Shown here: one piece after another, positions 9,469 through 18,669 of the stretch
Position numbering within the stretch: position 1 is the stretch's first letter
Layout of the letters: each line of letters starts with the position of its first letter
IMG/VR virus record: IMGVR_UViG_3300048061_000324
Coordinates: 1-63,794 of that record
Reading direction: 5' to 3' (one strand)
Origin: a virus
Taxonomy: Duplodnaviria; Caudoviricetes
DNA length: 63,794 bases
Translations under genes and position numbers: made by a program
Notes under the pieces: model-generated
Database searches by the model: none
What the model was told of the DNA's origin: nothing
Seen by the model: only the letters and a program-made list of their open reading frames with translations

Positions 9469-10175
9469 TTGTTATGATAGTTAGATAAATCTTCTGGAGT
9501 ACCAACCGGGCTAAAGTTCTTTGCTTCTACCTCATACGGTTTAACAATATTATTTTTAAGTGTGTAATTATACACTGGTGCTAGATAAAATTCGTTATTA
9601 TGTCTATCATTGTTTTCAATCATTTGTTCAGCACCTTCAACAAATAAACTTCCTTTGCTCCAATGGTATAAACCAACAGTAGCCATATTACTAATTGCGA
9701 CTTTCTCTGCCGCTTCTGTTATGTGCCCGTCGTCATTAATCTTAACAAAACTATGTTTATTATGATTATGTGGGTAGGTCATTACCCAACTCACGTGGGG
9801 CTCAAGTTTACATTTTTCTAAAAACATTTCGCTATCCCAATGTAACACTTGATCACTGTTAATACTAATTAAAGGTTCATCGTTGTTTATAAATTCTTTT
9901 GCTTTTAATAAACTACAAGCGGCACCTTCTGTAAGATGATCTAATACAACAATATTAACATTGTCTGCAAAACTTTCTAAATGTTCTCTGAGCCATGGAT
10001 AATCAACAAGATGTTCTTGTTGGACTACGAATGTATAGTTACCAGCAATACCTAAACTATCAACAGCACTTTGTATCATTGTAGTGCCGCCAACTCTTAC
10101 TAGAGGTTTAGGAACAGTGTATCCTGCATCTTTGAATCTACTGCCGGCTCCTGCCATTCCAATTATAATATTCAT
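9453..10175 (-). CDS. Sugar-phosphate nucleotidyltransferase (NTP transferase)
   Basis: MAGAGSRFKDAGYTVPKPLV, TEGAA, INSDQ, AEK, EFYLAPVYN, GTPEDL. Confidence 0.88.
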   Translation of the reverse strand: MNIIIGMAGAGSRFKDAGYTVPKPLVRVGGTTMIQSAVDSLGIAGNYTFVVQQEHLVDYPWLREHLESFADNVNIVVLDHLTEGAACSLLKAKEFINNDEPLISINSDQVLHWDSEMFLEKCKLEPHVSWVMTYPHNHNKHSFVKINDDGHITEAAEKVAISNMATVGLYHWSKGSLFVEGAEQMIENNDRHNNEFYLAPVYNYTLKNNIVKPYEVEAKNFSPVGTPEDLSNYHNKWWRG

Positions 10176-10182
10176 TGATTTC

Positions 10183-10305
10183 CTACTTATATATGTATGG
10201 GTCTTTTTTCTTAATCTCTTTTAATTTTTTTCTGTAAGCACGTTCAAGTTTAATTCGGTAAACTATGTCACCAAACCAACGTTTAATTTTTTTTAGTATA
10301 TACAT
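10183..10305 (-). CDS. Small basic peptide (40 aa)
   Basis: Not in ORF track; fills the gap between genes; MYILKKIKRWFGDIVYRIKLERAYRKKLKEIKKKDPYIYK. Confidence 0.6.
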   Translation of the reverse strand: MYILKKIKRWFGDIVYRIKLERAYRKKLKEIKKKDPYIYK

Positions 10306-10324
10306 TTTATGAGTTCCATATTGT

Positions 10325-11083
10325 TTACTGTTGCAAGTGAGCAACAATAGTTTTTGCTAATTTTATATGTCCTAATTCATTAGGGTGTCTTCCGGGAGCC
10401 CTTACGTCTTCAAGGTGTTCGTATTCCATTAATTGTCTATTGAAACTAATGGGATATGGGGATATTGCATCCAACCATTTATTATTTGCTTCAGGTCTAC
10501 CTACTACAAATTCAGGATTGTCTAACGCATATACTTGTAATAAGTTAATTCCTAAGTTATCACAGGCTTGCTTTAACAACCATTGTAAGTTAAAGAACTT
10601 ATAACTATTTACCTTACTACTGTTCAGCATAGTACGAATCTTATGATATTCTGGAAGTAGTCTATCTAAATCCTTATCATTTGTTTTATTTAAATGGGGA
10701 TTGTTTAATAGCATACTAATATACTCATTGTCAATTGATTCCCATTCTGTATATCCATTATTGTGTTTTCGTTTGACACTAACTGGCGCCTCTATTCTTT
10801 CGTATGTTGTCCAGGCAACTATTACTTGTAATTCATTTGGATTACCTTTATAGTTTCTAATGTAATCTATTGTTTTACGAAATATTCGATCATTACTGCC
10901 GCCACCTAATCCTTCATTAACTAGTTGAGGTATCTTTAATTGCCTAGCAACGTGCCAGGGCCATGACTTATAAAATTTATAATCCAGCTCGTCAATAGTA
11001 CCATCTTTAAGTTCTTGCCCAAACGTCCAACTATCTCCATTAACATATAAAGTTTTAATCATATTAGTGATCCCACTGTGCAT
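10325..11083 (-). CDS. SGNH/GDSL-hydrolase-like protein
   Basis: YVNGDSWTFG, NEGLGGGSNDRI, HPNELGH. Confidence 0.78.
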   Translation of the reverse strand: MHSGITNMIKTLYVNGDSWTFGQELKDGTIDELDYKFYKSWPWHVARQLKIPQLVNEGLGGGSNDRIFRKTIDYIRNYKGNPNELQVIVAWTTYERIEAPVSVKRKHNNGYTEWESIDNEYISMLLNNPHLNKTNDKDLDRLLPEYHKIRTMLNSSKVNSYKFFNLQWLLKQACDNLGINLLQVYALDNPEFVVGRPEANNKWLDAISPYPISFNRQLMEYEHLEDVRAPGRHPNELGHIKLAKTIVAHLQQ

Positions 11084-11852
11084 CTACTTTAGGTTTAATA
11101 ATTTCAAACACTTGTCTATGTCCTTCGTAGTCACAATGTCCTGTATTCCTTTTGTCAGGGTACTCTCTACTAAAATATCCCCAATCAACATTTGCATAAT
11201 TTACTTCAGGTAGCAGTCTTTCAAAGTCTGGCTGGTGTCCCATAAAAATGTGTGGTATATTATTTGTTTTCATCAGCAAGTGTGCTGATGTTAAAATACC
11301 AATGTCATACTCATTTTTAATATCAAATGAGAAAAAGTCTGCTACCCAATTCTGTAATACTCTTAAACGTGCATCTGGTTCGTGTCTTTCAAACTGTGCC
11401 CAATGTGCCTTAACATCTCTATCAAAAAAACTATCTAAATTTTGTAGTGTTTCACTTTGCATACTATTATCAGTTGTAACTGGAATAGGTCTTCGAAACT
11501 CTGCTGGTGTGTATCTGTCATATGGTGGATAGTCTTCATAATTTAAATGTTCGATTGTTGGTTCTGTTCCCATAGGTTTATCTTGCCCAGGTTTAAACCA
11601 AACAGTTCTTGCCGCATTTGTCATGCTAATAATAACAAAAGGTTTATAATTACCTACTGTCATTCTTTCAACTGCGTGTTTAACTTGCAACCAAATAGTG
11701 AAGTTACAACACCCACTTCTACCAATTACTTTTTGTTCCACACCTTTGTATTCGGCAGTAAGTCCACCAAAACTTTTTTCAAAACAATCATGGTCAGGTA
11801 GTCCACTACCATTACTAAAACTATCACCGCACGTTATAATTAAATTTCGCAT
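11064..11852 (-). CDS. SGNH/GDSL-hydrolase-like protein
   Basis: TCGDSFSNG, GRSGCCN, GHCDYEGH. Confidence 0.72.
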   Translation of the reverse strand: MRNLIITCGDSFSNGSGLPDHDCFEKSFGGLTAEYKGVEQKVIGRSGCCNFTIWLQVKHAVERMTVGNYKPFVIISMTNAARTVWFKPGQDKPMGTEPTIEHLNYEDYPPYDRYTPAEFRRPIPVTTDNSMQSETLQNLDSFFDRDVKAHWAQFERHEPDARLRVLQNWVADFFSFDIKNEYDIGILTSAHLLMKTNNIPHIFMGHQPDFERLLPEVNYANVDWGYFSREYPDKRNTGHCDYEGHRQVFEIIKPKVDAQWDH

Positions 11853-12712
11853 ATGTTATTTTCTCTAATATATCTGTTAAGTTCTCTTGCCCAAAGCATA
11901 TGTCCGTATTTGTTTGGATGCATACCCGAAATAACTTTTGTATTATATTCAGTGTCATCTTGATTTGTAATATATCCATGAAAACTATGTGGTGCTTCTG
12001 TTTTACCATAGAATCTTTTACTGTCTACTTGTTCCCATAACCAACCATCGTTTTGTCCGTTGTAATGAAAGTTCCAACGTGGATCAGCATTACCTACCGT
12101 CATCTTTTCTGTTTCACTGTTAACGTAATTTTTATCTTGCCATTGCGATATCTGTGTTTCATCTACATTATAAAATGCTTGAAAGAACAAGTAGTTAATC
12201 TTATGTACTTTAAAAAAGTTTTCTAATTGTAGTACTTGTTGTACATATCGATTAACATACTCTTCTTTATTCCATAAGTACATTCTGTAGTTATCAAAGA
12301 AGGGTTGCATACCTCTTTGCATATACGGATGGTTAGTTTGATTGGGCCATATAGTAGTCCAGCCAGAGCCGTTACGTTCGTCTACAGGATCCTTATAGTA
12401 AAAGTCCTTACGTTCAGGACTAGTTAAGCCAACTATGACAAACAAATTGTTTTCACAGTCTATATCAGGCTTAATATAATTTTCAGTAATCCAACTTAAT
12501 GTTGTTCTTACAATTCTATCATTACTTGCGGCAGGATAAGATATGTTTGTTAAGTCATCTGCTTTAATCATATCCTTTAACATAGTGGGCCAAATTTTAG
12601 GAATGCGATATGCATTGTTCTCTGGATCCCAATCACTTACAGTGTCTGGTAAAGCAGGATCTCTAATCTCACTGCCAAATGTCCAACTATCTCCTGTTGT
12701 TAATAAGTGCAT
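11840..12712 (-). CDS. SGNH/GDSL-hydrolase-like protein
   Basis: TTGDSWTFG, NISYPAASNDRI, HPNKYGH. Confidence 0.78.
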   Translation of the reverse strand: MHLLTTGDSWTFGSEIRDPALPDTVSDWDPENNAYRIPKIWPTMLKDMIKADDLTNISYPAASNDRIVRTTLSWITENYIKPDIDCENNLFVIVGLTSPERKDFYYKDPVDERNGSGWTTIWPNQTNHPYMQRGMQPFFDNYRMYLWNKEEYVNRYVQQVLQLENFFKVHKINYLFFQAFYNVDETQISQWQDKNYVNSETEKMTVGNADPRWNFHYNGQNDGWLWEQVDSKRFYGKTEAPHSFHGYITNQDDTEYNTKVISGMHPNKYGHMLWARELNRYIRENNICEI

Positions 12713-13461
12713 TAATAAGCCGCCTTTATCTCTTCAAATTGTGTACTTGGATCTAAATCTTCTACACTAGTTCTCCAAAGTGTTTCCATTAATTGTGGAA
12801 CAATTTGTATCATTTTAATATTTCTTTTTTGTGCTTGTTGATATATTAATGTTCCAGGACTTAACATACTATCTCCTGGATCTGTAGTATAACCACCTTG
12901 TAGTTTTAATGCTAATGGATAAGTTTCCCAATTATAATAACGATATGAATCACAAGCAATATCCATACTAGGACTATCACCCCAGAATATAATATCACTT
13001 AATCCGTGTTTACCAAAGTCGTTTGGTACTAAACCTCTGTTACCAATACTATAGTATATACTTCTTTCTTCAATAGGTCTCGGACCAAATGTTTTTCCAT
13101 CTGGTGTTAGCATATCATATCTGCATTTAATTACTTTATCATATCTAAAATTATTCTTTACTTCAACTTCACGTTTCATAAAGTTTGATTTTTGTATACT
13201 GTAAAGCATATTACCAAACGGGCCTGCATGATTAATTGAAGTTTGATAATCTAGTTTAATTAAATTATGTACACTATCATTAATAGTTTCTTCTAATATT
13301 TTGTAGTCATCTAATTTATGTAACTTGTCACCTGAGGTTGTCCAAGTATGACAATAAATATCTGCTGGTGTATCTCTAAAGTAATCCATTAAACGTGGCA
13401 TAGCAACTTTAAAAGTTCTAAGTTCACCACTAAAACATATTGCAGTATTAGAGTGTTTCAT
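12712..13461 (-). CDS. Putative glycosyltransferase-like protein (paralog of next gene)
   Basis: AICFSGELR...HTW...YDKVIKCRYD shared with 13448-14185. Confidence 0.55.
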   Translation of the reverse strand: MKHSNTAICFSGELRTFKVAMPRLMDYFRDTPADIYCHTWTTSGDKLHKLDDYKILEETINDSVHNLIKLDYQTSINHAGPFGNMLYSIQKSNFMKREVEVKNNFRYDKVIKCRYDMLTPDGKTFGPRPIEERSIYYSIGNRGLVPNDFGKHGLSDIIFWGDSPSMDIACDSYRYYNWETYPLALKLQGGYTTDPGDSMLSPGTLIYQQAQKRNIKMIQIVPQLMETLWRTSVEDLDPSTQFEEIKAAY

Positions 13462-14185
13462 AATCGCCTCCTCCTGTCATATGTTCTTGTTTAGGTCTTA
13501 CTAGTTTAATTGGGGGATATATTTGTTCTAAGTTTAAGTTACATTCTTTTAAGTAATACATAAAAACGTGTTCAGGTCCATAATGTAATTTCTCTGGCAT
13601 TTCAAAAAACTCTATTGGGTGTCTATGAAAGTGACTGTAAAAATCACAAGCAATATCATAAACATCTGTTGGTCCTTGCCAATACAAATCTCCACAACGA
13701 CTTCTGTGATTGCCTTCTTCAAATCCTAAATGTATAACTTGTAACGTATCTTTCTTAGGTTCAGGTACTTGCCAATCTTCGTCAAACATAGTGTCCCAAC
13801 GTAATCTGACAACTAAATCAAAGTTACTATTATTCTCTATCTCAAATTTCTTTTTTAAATGTGATGCCACCATTACGCCATAAAACTGACTTTGGTAATT
13901 AACATCATGTAATGCTTGGTCTAACCCTGGAGTAAATTCAATTTGTTTTTGTGATACTATTTCTAGTCCAGGCAATTCTCTACGAAGTTCTTGTATTTCA
14001 GAATTAGGAACCTCTTCTATGTCATCAATACCTTTAGTCACTTTAACAAAGTTTGGTGCACTACGAGTATTCCATGTATGTCCAAAGTAATGTACTTCAT
14101 GTTCTTTAAATACATCTTTCCAAGTTGGTAAACATTTACGCCAACTCTGTCTTAATTGTCCACTTAAACAAATTGCTATTTTCAT
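13448..14185 (-). CDS. Putative glycosyltransferase-like protein
   Basis: AICLSGQLR...HTW...FDLVVRLRWD...PE. Confidence 0.55.
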   Translation of the reverse strand: MKIAICLSGQLRQSWRKCLPTWKDVFKEHEVHYFGHTWNTRSAPNFVKVTKGIDDIEEVPNSEIQELRRELPGLEIVSQKQIEFTPGLDQALHDVNYQSQFYGVMVASHLKKKFEIENNSNFDLVVRLRWDTMFDEDWQVPEPKKDTLQVIHLGFEEGNHRSRCGDLYWQGPTDVYDIACDFYSHFHRHPIEFFEMPEKLHYGPEHVFMYYLKECNLNLEQIYPPIKLVRPKQEHMTGGGDYETL

Positions 14186-14197
14186 AATGTTATCCTT

Positions 14198-14440
14198 TTA
14201 AAACCAGTTCCAAACTCCACGTATTGCTAAACACAAATACATAAGTTCCATTAGTGCTCTGGGTATATCTTTATCTTTGTAACCCATGTATACCCAAATA
14301 CTACAACTGAATAATGCAACTGCCCACCCTAGCCACTGTAGTTCTTCGTTACCACTTGATAATATAAATGCACTTATCATTGCTAGGATAAAACCTAACC
14401 ATCTAAATCCATCCAGTTTTTCGTAAAAGCGAATTTTCAT
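14198..14440 (-). CDS. Small membrane protein (about 3 TM helices)
   Basis: Three hydrophobic stretches in 80 aa. Confidence 0.65.
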   Translation of the reverse strand: MKIRFYEKLDGFRWLGFILAMISAFILSSGNEELQWLGWAVALFSCSIWVYMGYKDKDIPRALMELMYLCLAIRGVWNWF

Positions 14441-14858
14441 AATTGCTTACCCAATCTGAGCAAATACCAAAGCAACCTTCAGGGACGGTATCTTTCTCAT
14501 TTTGCAAACATATAACACTTTTAGATGTTACTTGTTTGTAAGGGTATGTCCAAATATACCCTTTACTTGTTAATGTTCTTTCATCTTGTTCATGCCAAAA
14601 GCAATGTATGTAATTAAATAACATAAATTCTAATGCTTCTAAATTTTTTGCATGATTCCAAAATGCATTGTTGCTTATAAAATTTTGTGTAACAGGGTAT
14701 GTAGGTTTGTCGTGTCCTAGCCATAACCTTTCATTAACAAACCACACATCAACTTCGCAGTCAAAACCTTTGTCAACTGCGTTAAGTAAATACTCAGGAT
14801 CGTTTTCCCTCTCAGGTTTTGGACCTGCTGTATTTCCTCTATGTGCGATTAGTTTCAT
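14403..14858 (-). CDS. Glycerophosphodiester phosphodiesterase (GDPD/PLC-like) domain protein
   Basis: LIAHRGN...EN...GFDCEVDV...LGHD motifs. Confidence 0.8.
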   Translation of the reverse strand: MKLIAHRGNTAGPKPERENDPEYLLNAVDKGFDCEVDVWFVNERLWLGHDKPTYPVTQNFISNNAFWNHAKNLEALEFMLFNYIHCFWHEQDERTLTSKGYIWTYPYKQVTSKSVICLQNEKDTVPEGCFGICSDWVSNYENSLLRKTGWI

Positions 14859-15036
14859 CTTTTTTTCTTATACTCCAAGTTTTATCATCCAGTTCTTCCC
14901 AAATAAGATTATCGCCTACGTCCCATCCTACTTGATCTAAACACCCAGGGGGAAATTCTAAAAACAGTTCTTTTGTCTTGCCGTTCTCTTGTATTTCTAC
15001 TGTCCAACTATTTGTTCCTGTTTGTTTATATTTCAT
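14839..15036 (-). CDS. AbrB/MazE/SpoVT-like small DNA-binding protein
   Basis: LFLEFPPGCLDQVGWDVGDNLIW swapped-hairpin pattern. Confidence 0.6.
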   Translation of the reverse strand: MKYKQTGTNSWTVEIQENGKTKELFLEFPPGCLDQVGWDVGDNLIWEELDDKTWSIRKKDETNRT

Positions 15037-15971
15037 TATTTCTTCCTGTCTGCTTCTTGTTCTGTAATCATTACACCATAACGTTTTGGATTTTGGTATA
15101 CACTTTTAAACCATATACTACCTTGTGCATCTAAATCTGCAACTCTGTAATGAAGTTCATCTCTTAATCTATCGCCATAGTGTTGCAATTTTTTCAAACG
15201 ATCTTTAGGATTTGAATATACTTTTGTTTTCTCTCGTACAAAAGGTTGCATAAAACCATAGTCGGCAATTTGTGTATGATCCCAGCCATCTAAATTTATT
15301 TTCGCAACTGCTTCTCTGGCTCCTAATATTGCCCAATCACCATTTGGAACATCCATACCAACACTACACCAAATACTAAGACGTTGCATATTTTTAATAT
15401 GATTCTGTGTTAAGAATTTATTTTTAGGAGGAAGTATACCTTTATCTAAACTCATTTTAACGCCTTCTCTAAAGCCGCCTCTGTATGCTTGTTCTGGTGT
15501 TGCGTTAATAACTACATCACTAAATGTGTCTGCCATTTGGAAGTATGTATGCATCCAACAAAAGTCTACACTATGAGCACCATCTTCACTTTGGTCATTC
15601 TCATGACTATTCATATTCTCAATAACGTGTTTGGGCCATAGTTTAAGTCCACCATTACCGTATGCTAAACTATTAACAATGTTATGTCCACACCAACTAA
15701 AGATATAATCGCTTTGTTCTTCTTCGTCAATCTCAATAGTTTGTTTAAAGAAATCTTTGTGTACAACATTGTCCCCGTCTACTGTAACTAATCTTCTTTT
15801 AGTTGCAATCCTACCTGCTTCATTGTGTGCCGCATCGAAACCCGTAAAGCCGTCAACACGTTTAGCCCATGGGCACTTGCTTAACAAGTCTGCCCAATTC
15901 TTTTCTTTGTTTGGTTCATCGTAACTAATGTAAATTACATCAAAGTCACTAATTGGATAAGTCTGTTTCAT
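15036..15971 (-). CDS. Putative GT-A glycosyltransferase
   Basis: DVIYISYDEP, AAH, VTVDGDN (DxD). Confidence 0.6.
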   Translation of the reverse strand: MKQTYPISDFDVIYISYDEPNKEKNWADLLSKCPWAKRVDGFTGFDAAHNEAGRIATKRRLVTVDGDNVVHKDFFKQTIEIDEEEQSDYIFSWCGHNIVNSLAYGNGGLKLWPKHVIENMNSHENDQSEDGAHSVDFCWMHTYFQMADTFSDVVINATPEQAYRGGFREGVKMSLDKGILPPKNKFLTQNHIKNMQRLSIWCSVGMDVPNGDWAILGAREAVAKINLDGWDHTQIADYGFMQPFVREKTKVYSNPKDRLKKLQHYGDRLRDELHYRVADLDAQGSIWFKSVYQNPKRYGVMITEQEADRKK

Positions 15972-16548
15972 TTTCTATTTCCTTATAAGCCATAAACACA
16001 TTTACATCATCTTCTGTAAGTATTTCACAACTATTGATTTTTTTATATTCTTTAATATGATATTCTAATTCTTGCTTATGTTGTAAATCTATTTCAGCAA
16101 GTGATAGCAAATAATTTCCTTTTGGCACTACCCATAATTTTCTTTTAGAAGGTAAACTACTTGCTACATTAATTTTTAAATTTCTTGTTTCTTTATTAAA
16201 AAGTAATGTTACAAGTCTTTCAGGATTCCATAAAGACGGATCTAATTTATGTAACATTGAATTGTTTCGAGAAGCATTGCTACTAATGTCAACAATCTTT
16301 ACAGGGTCTGAATCTTTATCAATAATGTAATTATTTAAATTAACATCTTGCATTTTTAAAAATTCTTCTCTAGTAATATTTGTTACTAGATCATCTTTAA
16401 ATTCTTCTTGTTGATTCGCTGACATTGATAATATTTTACCAAACGAATCGTAATAAAGAAAAAACTGTTGTTCTTCTTTATCTTTTTTTAGAGAACCAAA
16501 ATGTTGTTGCATCATTTGATTAAATTCTAAATCGCTAAATTCTGACAT
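15949..16548 (-). CDS. Hypothetical protein
   Basis: 199-aa ORF translationally coupled to neighbours. Confidence 0.65.
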   Translation of the reverse strand: MSEFSDLEFNQMMQQHFGSLKKDKEEQQFFLYYDSFGKILSMSANQQEEFKDDLVTNITREEFLKMQDVNLNNYIIDKDSDPVKIVDISSNASRNNSMLHKLDPSLWNPERLVTLLFNKETRNLKINVASSLPSKRKLWVVPKGNYLLSLAEIDLQHKQELEYHIKEYKKINSCEILTEDDVNVFMAYKEIENETDLSN

Positions 16549-17411
16549 TATACTCCTGCTTGTTTCTCTAAAGTTTTAATTAATTCATCTGTACACCATG
16601 ACTTAACACAATAATGTACTGGCTTTGTTTGATAGTAGTTATTAATCCACAAACCTTCTTCATTATATTGTCCGTCTAAATAATCTGTCCAGTCTGTATC
16701 ACTAACTGTGTAATCTAATAATCCTTGGCATCTACTTTTCATATGTACAAAACTAAAAGATTGTGGAGGTGTTACTTTATCTTCCCAACCTAATAATCTA
16801 ATTGCCATTCCATAAACCTCATCAGTGTAAGCAACATCATTAGTATTAATTCTCATAAACTCGTTTGAATACTTTTCCCAATCCCTATAGATATCTTCTA
16901 CTTGTAAATAAAACAATAGTGCTTCTTTACTTTTCTTAAAGTATGTTAATGCACTGTAGGCATTATAAAATTGATTTTCAGAAAACCCTCTTCTATAATA
17001 AGTATCGTCTCCAACTATATCTCTAAACGTGTGTATTTTATTACACACTCCAATTGGGAAGTTTCTGGCTTTCATTATTTCCCAATAGTAGTTTACATCT
17101 GTTGTGAAAAGCATATCAGCATCAAGTTTAATAGTTTCGTCATATGGCGTCATATGATAAACTTTCCACTCATTTTGTAACTTCCAATTATGCATTATTG
17201 CTTCGTCTGTCCAGGGGATAATTTTGACATCGAAAACGTCTAAATAATGCTTAGGTAGTTTTTCTAAATCTTCTTCAGTCATACCTACTGTTAAGTCACT
17301 CGGCCCTTTTGTTTGACTTGCTTTCAAACTTAATGCTAGTGCATATGCCATTCGAGGATAGTCCCCAAATTTCTTACTGTATTGTGCAAATGTAAAATAT
17401 CCTTTACTCAT
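16548..17411 (-). CDS. Putative GT-A (GT8-like) glycosyltransferase
   Basis: TPYDETIKLDADML (DxD), TDE, FVHMK. Confidence 0.65.
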   Translation of the reverse strand: MSKGYFTFAQYSKKFGDYPRMAYALALSLKASQTKGPSDLTVGMTEEDLEKLPKHYLDVFDVKIIPWTDEAIMHNWKLQNEWKVYHMTPYDETIKLDADMLFTTDVNYYWEIMKARNFPIGVCNKIHTFRDIVGDDTYYRRGFSENQFYNAYSALTYFKKSKEALLFYLQVEDIYRDWEKYSNEFMRINTNDVAYTDEVYGMAIRLLGWEDKVTPPQSFSFVHMKSRCQGLLDYTVSDTDWTDYLDGQYNEEGLWINNYYQTKPVHYCVKSWCTDELIKTLEKQAGV

Positions 17412-18241
17412 GAATAAATCTCCATAAACTTATCATAATTTTTTTCTAAAGATTGTTTGTTGAGCATATGTACATTTGTATCTTTAAGTAATACAGGAAT
17501 AGTTTCTGTTTCTAAAACTATACTTCCTTTTTTAACATCTAATATATTTTCCATTCCAAAACTATTGATTTGTCTAACAGGTAAAGGTTTAATATAGTCG
17601 TCTCTAAAGCCGCCAATTATATGACTTGCAATCGCGGCTGTTATATCATTACGAAAGTATTGATAAGGAATTCTAAATGTCTTTTTATAAAAGTCGTAAT
17701 TTTCTTTTACATACTTTGCAATATCAAACCATTCTTTAGTTTCTTCACACTTGCGAAAGTACATAACTGTAAACCAGTGTACTTTGCTAAACCCATCTTG
17801 CACAACAAGTTCATAAATGTGTTGTTGATGTTTAGCAGGAATTCTTGTATGTGTGTTCATAAGCATGGGTTCTTTGTTTCCCCATACAGAGTTTAGCACA
17901 TCATTTTGTATTAAGTAATCAGTGTCAATTAATATTGTTTCATCAAATGGAGATAGATCGTATGCAGTGAGCCTATCAAGATTATGCCATTGTACAGGAG
18001 TAAATTTTCCATCCACGTACATTGGTCTTAAATTTATCTCTTCTACTTTTGCTTTCCAATCAATAATGACATCAAATAATGATAAATCTTCTTCGCATTC
18101 ATCTAAAGGTGTTACTATTGCAACAGGTACATTTAGATAGTGTTTGGCAAGTACTGCCGACACTTTTGCTTGTTTTATATAATTAAAGTCTTTATTGTTT
18201 TTTGCAAAGAGAAGAATACCTTTATTCTTCGTTGAAGTCAT
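17408..18241 (-). CDS. Putative GT-A (GT8-like) glycosyltransferase, paralog of 16548-17411
   Basis: SPFDETILIDTDYL (DxD), RND, VHMLNK. Confidence 0.65.
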   Translation of the reverse strand: MTSTKNKGILLFAKNNKDFNYIKQAKVSAVLAKHYLNVPVAIVTPLDECEEDLSLFDVIIDWKAKVEEINLRPMYVDGKFTPVQWHNLDRLTAYDLSPFDETILIDTDYLIQNDVLNSVWGNKEPMLMNTHTRIPAKHQQHIYELVVQDGFSKVHWFTVMYFRKCEETKEWFDIAKYVKENYDFYKKTFRIPYQYFRNDITAAIASHIIGGFRDDYIKPLPVRQINSFGMENILDVKKGSIVLETETIPVLLKDTNVHMLNKQSLEKNYDKFMEIYS

Positions 18242-18581
18242 ATTGAACTAACTCTTCGATTGTCCTTGCTTGTCTTAATCGTCTTATCTCTGCTAGTGCA
18301 TTGTTCTGCTCTTGAGCATATTTCTTCATGCAACTATCTTTGAATTCTTTTACGTTTGTAATTTCAGTTGGGTTTCCGTTGATATCGTCTATAACTGCTG
18401 AGTCATATCCAGAACGGTTTAAGTGGTCTAAATGATTTAGAAGCTCACTATTGATATAAAATAGTCCGCCAAGATGACCAACAGTGAGCTTCTCTTTGAT
18501 TAATTCTTTAAGAAGGTTTAATTGATTTTGTTGAACTGCTATATATTTTGATTTGTCAAAAATTGTTTCTAAGTTTTGCAT
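18222..18581 (-). CDS. Hypothetical protein, first gene of the accessory operon
   Basis: 119-aa ORF with AGGA SD upstream. Confidence 0.65.
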   Translation of the reverse strand: MQNLETIFDKSKYIAVQQNQLNLLKELIKEKLTVGHLGGLFYINSELLNHLDHLNRSGYDSAVIDDINGNPTEITNVKEFKDSCMKKYAQEQNNALAEIRRLRQARTIEELVQYDFNEE

Positions 18582-18593
18582 TATTTTTCCTAT

Positions 18594-18630
18594 TAAAATA
18601 GTAGAGTAATTGTCTTACTCTACTATTTTA
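18594..18630 (-). terminator. Perfect 16-bp inverted repeat; likely intrinsic terminator for tail-fibre transcripts, or an operator
   Basis: TAAAATAGTAGAGTAA-ttgtc-TTACTCTACTATTTTA. Confidence 0.6.
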
Positions 18631-18653
18631 TATGATAGGGGGATAAATGTCAA
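18625..18653 (-). promoter_or_regulatory. Sigma70-type promoter for the accessory cluster
   Basis: Minus strand TTGACA (18653-18648), 17-nt spacer, TAAAAT (18630-18625). Confidence 0.7.
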
Positions 18654-18669
18654 TCTAAATATTTAATAT

